NCBI GenBank assembly: GCA_964270895.1
Contig: OZ185435.1
Length of the DNA: 64,000 bases
Source: Podarcis filfolensis
Lineage: Eukaryota
Reading direction: 5' to 3' (one strand)
Shown here piece by piece: positions 58,786 to 64,000 of this stretch (within the stretch, counting starts at the first letter, position 1; every line of letters starts with the position of its first letter). The translations under genes were made by a program, and so were the position numbers. A model generated the notes under the pieces. It was not told the DNA's origin. It did no database searches and was given only the letters and a program-made list of their open reading frames with translations.

Positions 58786-61700
58786 ATCCAATTAAGATTT
58801 GTTTTTCTTTCAGCACATATCTTATCCTGCTTAATGTGTCACTCTTTTCAGTCATGTTTCTTAGGCTTTTTCAGGGATCTGTGCTTCTTTTTATATATTA
58901 AACATATCACAGTTTTCTCTATAGAAAAATGGTAAACTCAGTCTGCACACAGAAACACACACACACACACCAGTTACTTCTCTCCTGCCTCCCAAATATA
59001 TTGCTTGCATTAAATCAAATTGGATTTCTTTCCCAGCCTCTAGATCTCCTCTTATTGAGAAGGCTAGAGATATCAATTTTAAAACTTACAAATTGTGTAA
59101 TTATTATATAACTAACACCTCCAGGCAATAGGTGGTGCTGTTCCAAATGACTTTGTTTTTCTGTTAGAACTTAATGAGGCACACTTTTTCAGACAAGCAA
59201 GACAAAAATTCAGGAAAACAGACAAGGATCAAGCAAAAATGTAAAGAGACTGCATATTATAATAAAAAAGTGATAAGATGATGCAGAAAAAACTCACACC
59301 TTCTTCCTTTAAGCTATAAATGTGAGAACTTGCATACAAAGCTTGTGGAGAGATATGTGTAAGTTCCACATATATTTGAAACTTGCACAATATGATTACC
59401 TTTCCAGTTTTTCTTCTCTCTCATGCCTCATCCCCTCAAAAAAGGGGGGCTGTTATCATATGTCTACTTATCTGGGAGTAAAATCCCACTGAACTGCATG
59501 GAACTTAATTTTGCACTGTCGCAAAATTGCACTGTTGGCGAACAGAGGACTCATTTTCTCCTGAATCTGCGCAATTCCCCTATCTTGTCTTTCTGGATCA
59601 GGCATTTAAATCTGCATTCAGGCAATCGCTTACCAAGGAGTCAGCCCCATTGAATTCAAGGGGAAATACTACTAAGTAGACTTGCGAAGACTAGCACTGT
59701 CTAGCAGCTTTCTCTACTTCCCTGCCCTGCCAATGCGCCCATGTTTATTTGACTGTCAGAGCTGGGGAAGTCATTGTGCATAGACCTCTGTGCAGGTTGG
59801 CTTCCCCAGATGTTGGAGCTCTGAGCAACAAAGTCCCCCCCCTCAGATTTGCATGGTGAAGGCAGGCCCCAGAGAAGCCTCATCCCCTTTTTTCACACTT
59901 TATCTCCTTCACAGGAGCAACAAGTGAAAGAAACTTCTGTCTCAGCCAAAACTACCTCATAGCATTGTTTGAAAGAAAAAATGGCATAGCAACTCCACCA
60001 ATGGAACATTTTCCTCCCCGTGTAAATAGTATCTTCAGAAGAAGGGTTATCCTCAGGGCTGAACTTCATAAGTAGACCTACAGGGTGCTCCTCACATAAA
60101 TGTAACCTGTACCATGTACCCAAAATTCAGTCAGTTACTAGAGTGTAGTTACCCTTTTCCTCCTGGAAACAATTTTTTTTACCTTTGGCCTAAAATGTCC
60201 CAGAAAAGCATTGTGTTTTGCCATTGGGGTGCGTTTGCTACCCCAGCCAATGTTAGTGAATTGGGATAGCAACAACACCCTATCATTTTTTCATTGGAAA
60301 GTGGTCAGGGTATGGTTAAGAAAGGTTTGGGGTGTCAATAGGTTGGCACAAGCCATGTAATGTTGTCTTGGGACATTTCTGTAACCTTAGGACAGGTTTC
60401 TTAATGGGGTTAGAAAAACTTCCATTTGTTACTATGTTATTTTTTGTACACACACATACACACACATTGTAAACCTCCCTGTGTTCCTCGATGAACAACA
60501 GTATAGAAATTTAATAAATAATAATGATAAAGGAAAGAAAGGGTTACATTCCCACTCCAAGTCTGCTGTAAACTGATAATTATAAGCCACCCCACCCCCC
60601 GATTATAATTGCATTGAAGCAATTTGTATGCTAAAATCAGACACATATTTCATATCACTGTTTAGTTTTGCCCTGGAGGAAGATCGCCACCGTTTAGTTT
60701 CTTGGAGGAAAGATAAGATCAGAAAAGTGGTTAATAAAGCATCCATCATCCATACACATGTTTTTCACAAATGCCAAGTGACATGTGCCAGTGACTCTAA
60801 GAAATAGGCTACATTAATGTTTAAATAGTGGGCACTGGGAAACCACGGCTCAGGAGTGGATTATGTATGAGAAGTAACACAGTAAGTCTGTCAAAAATGG
60901 CAGCCCTATGTCAAGTGTTGGACTGCTGACATCAGAAGGCTGAGCATTTCTATGCCTCCATCAACTAATAAAATATATTGCATGTTTTTTTGCGGGGTTT
61001 TCCCCCTCAGTCTTAGCAAAAGGCCTCCATTTTCACCAGCAATCAATATTTCCTTTAATGTAGTTCTGCTCAAGAATTAACAGCTGAGGGCCAGAACTAA
61101 ATATAGTAGTAAGAAAATGAAAAGAAGGCAGGTGTAGCCCGATACATTTTGCTGCCTGAAGTGAAGGACAGTAGTCTTTCTGCCGCCACACAAAAAAATC
61201 CATACAGAAGCTGACCAGACTGGCAACTGAATAAGACTTCATGGTAGCTGGCACTGGGGTAGTCAGCTGTGTCCCCCAACATTGTGCAAGTATTACTTGC
61301 TCTCACACTGCATTGGCTATCTGGGGTAGCTGCCTTACTCTGTCAAATGAAAGGGCTGGCCCTCTCTAAAGATGAAGGCAAGGAGGAGTGAAAAAGGAAT
61401 ATTGCAAGGGCAGAAAGCTAGGACTAGCAGAGATGCTGACAAGCCTGAGTGGGAAGATAACATCTGATTATATCTCAAATCCTTACAGAGTGCATGAAGG
61501 ACATTTTTCACACACAAACAATCTTGATAAGAGCTGTTTGTGCCATGTGTGAGTGCTGGCAATGTGAGATGGGAAGTAGGAGAGATCCATTTTTTAAAAA
61601 ACACACACAACAACAAAACTGAATGTAGCTAAATTCCAGTCAATGCAGGCTTTGCATTTATAATACAAAGAGATTTCAACACAGACAGGTTTAAGCCTCA

Positions 61701-62073
61701 CATGCAACAAATGTCCCTAAGCAGGCTCATCTCTTTGTCCTAAATGTCTGAGGCACACTTGGCTGTGAGAGATGGCTGTCTCTGTGGCTGTGGAACTTCC
61801 TATCAAGGGCGGGCCTGATTTCCCCCTTCTGAAACGGTTTTGCATCAAATAAATACCTTTATTTGGAGAAGCATTTGGCTCGTTTTTAGCTTAGTATAAA
61901 TGATATTTTACACTAGAATGGTCACATTGTGTTCATTAGTGTTCCCTACCTTTTTTGGCATGAATCGTATAGAAAATTACTAAATTAGTTCCACACTGGT
62001 TTTGGTCAAGAGTCAAATCCATGGGCATGCCAGGCTGAATGACAGGCTTTGGGTGCAGCACAGCTAAGGCTGA

Positions 62074-62262
62074 CAGGGCCAGCCTGCCCATGAGGTGGAC
62101 TGAAGCAGCTACCTTGGGCAGCAGCATCCTGCGGAGCAGCACCCCCAAGGGCACCTTGCCCACCCCTGACACTACCACATGACCCCAGTAAGCAAAGCTT
62201 TGGCGAGGGGCTGGCACAACCCCATTTCTCCTCAGGTGGCAAAATGGGACGGGCTGCTTTTG
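62074..62262. mobile_element. hAT-type MITE (CAGGGCC family), decayed
   Basis: CAGGGCCAGCCTGCCCATGAGG...CCTCAGGTGGCAAAATG; flanks AAGGCTGA/AAGACTCA (6/8). Confidence 0.55.
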
Positions 62263-62391
62263 AAGACTCAGCACTCTGCTTTGGTTGCTAATGCCAGTGG
62301 GAACACTGATGGCAGTAGATCTCTACCTGTGGAGCTTTAGGGTGGCACTGGGGTGGATTGCTGTACCAAGCATTCAGTAGAGGTTCAAAGG

Positions 62392-62654
62392 CAGACAGGT
62401 TCTACCATTAAGTTGAGTGAGGCAACCTCAGGTAGCAGTTGATAGGGGGCAGACCCTCCTTCTGTTGGAGAACACAGTATCCTCCTGAACCTTCTAAACT
62501 AGAATGTTGCCCTCAGGTGGCATGGAGAACCCTATCTCATTGCTAATGTGGAAATAAGAGTCAACTGCCAATCTAGTTGGCTTCTATATGTGGATGGGTG
62601 GGGGAGACATCTTGCCCTTTGGCTCAGGCAGCAATATGTCTTGGGCCAGCCCTG
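62392..62654. mobile_element. hAT-type MITE (CAGGGCC family), decayed
   Basis: GGTTCTACCATTAAG...CTCAGGCAGCAATATGTCTTGGGCCAGCCCTG; similar to 62074-62262. Confidence 0.55.
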
Positions 62655-62996
62655 GCTACAATTACTCTGTAAGAAGCCATTCCACCCCCACCCACCCCCG
62701 CTTTGTGGCTAGGGTGTGGGGAGAGTGAAGTGGAGGCTTTATTTCTGCCTAGGATTGGGAGGCTGGGCATCAGAAATTGCATCCTGCTAGAACTTTTGCA
62801 ATAATGGCATAGTTAAATCTTATTAGTGAATTATTATTTGCATAGTTCACACCTATGTATATCAACATGGGTATTATATTCTCCTCCATAAATGGTCTCA
62901 AATACACTTGAGTGGTCAGTTTAATGGTTTGGCATTAGTACCATCATTGCTATTTCATTGCTAAGGAAATGGAGGGAGCAGAAGCTGGGGCAGTTT

Positions 62997-63175
62997 CAGT
63001 GGCGTAGCATGGGTTGTCAGCACCCGGGGCAAGGCAAGTAATTTGCGCCCCCTAACCCATGGATTTGCGCCCCCTAACCCGTGGATTTGCGCCCCCTAAC
63101 CCATGGATTTGCCCTAACCCCAGATGTTGCGCCCGGTGCGGCCGGCCCCCCTGCACCCCCCACGCTACGCCACTG
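62997..63175. mobile_element. young hAT-type MITE with an internal 22-bp tandem repeat
   Basis: Perfect TIR CAGTGGCGTAGC / GCTACGCCACTG; perfect 8-bp TSD GGCAGTTT; three copies of ATTTGCGCCCCCTAACCC(A/G)TGG plus a partial fourth. Confidence 0.95.
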
Positions 63176-63487
63176 GGCAGTTTTATCATGATAAGCCATA
63201 AATGTAGTAACAAAAAATATGATTAACAAAACAATAATACATTTTTATCATGAGGTAAAGTAAGACTACTTTTAACTTAATAATAACCCAACCTTAAACA
63301 TGTTTATTCCCATGAGATTGTATGCTTCAAATTGTAATTTGGTAGTCTACTTTGGTTTTGTGAATCTTTTGGAAGCTCTTTGACACAGGGATTAGAGAAT
63401 CTCATTTATTGATGCAGTGTACATTGTTCTTTTGAAGCTTATGCAAGACCCTAATCTTTATCTTTTTAGTTCTCTGACATTTATACC

Positions 63488-63754
63488 GGCTTGTATCCAA
63501 CAGTGTCTCTCAACTGACAGTATGGCTTCCATCGGCAGAATGAGGAGATAAATAATCTTCAGATAAGTAATTTCCAGAAACTTCAGCCCTACAGGCCACC
63601 CCTAAATCTGCTCCAGAGCTTTGAGGGATCTCCAAGAGCAAATTTAGGGGTGTAGTGGGGCAGCAGAGTAGAGAGGGAAATAGCTGAAAATTGCTCCCAT
63701 TCTGTTGACAGAAACCTTACTGTCTACTGAGCAAAACTGTTGGATATACAACCC
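63488..63754. repeat. TIR-bounded element (GGTTGTATCCAAC family)
   Basis: GGCTTGTATCCAACAGT / ACTGTTGGATATACAACCC inverted termini. Confidence 0.5.
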
Positions 63755-64000
63755 ACTGAATTTACAATCAGCTCCCAAGGCAACAGTCTGGCTAGAGGTT
63801 AATAGACTAGCATTGTGACTGTCCTTGCTTCTGTTCTCCTGCTTTGAGCATAAGAGGGATGAATAAAAAATGGAATGATTGGAACATTGACCTAACAGAC
63901 AATGAGGAGCTTTATTCTGATCTCCTTTACTTCATGTGACCCCTAAAATCAGAACCAATTCTAAAATAATGTTCTTCTGCAGAAGCATACCTGTGGACTT

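Noticed and set aside
63041-63115. CRISPR-like or interstitial telomere array
   Set aside because: The units are head-to-tail with no spacers, lie inside a TIR/TSD-bounded eukaryotic MITE, and are not pure (TTAGGG)n.

Overview
Vertebrate nuclear DNA, AT-rich and CpG-depleted with no CpG island. The repeat families (Sauria SINE, Bov-B with a CAA tail, CORE/L2-tailed SINEs with CTT tails, CR1, L2) point to a squamate reptile, most likely a lacertid lizard; this is an inference from recognised repeat consensus sequences. No host protein-coding gene could be identified. The window reads as a large intron or gene desert, densely filled with transposon relics: SINEs, CR1/L2/Bov-B LINE ends, five TA-flanked Tigger/pogo-like MITEs, many hAT-type MITEs (several with perfect 8-bp TSDs), solo LTRs with 5-bp TSDs and two Penelope-like element ends. 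The most interesting observations are (i) two decayed minimal hammerhead-ribozyme motifs in the Penelope-like ends; (ii) a LINE relic that keeps ORF1 and the endonuclease N-terminus but lacks its 3' end; (iii) nested insertions that can be ordered from the sequence alone; (iv) a 90-bp minimal hAT element and a hAT MITE with CCCTAA-containing tandem repeats; and (v) unverified exon-like cassettes on both strands. The window is mostly known TE classes, and I found no firm evidence of a new biological system. Family names are from memory and need Dfam/Repbase confirmation.
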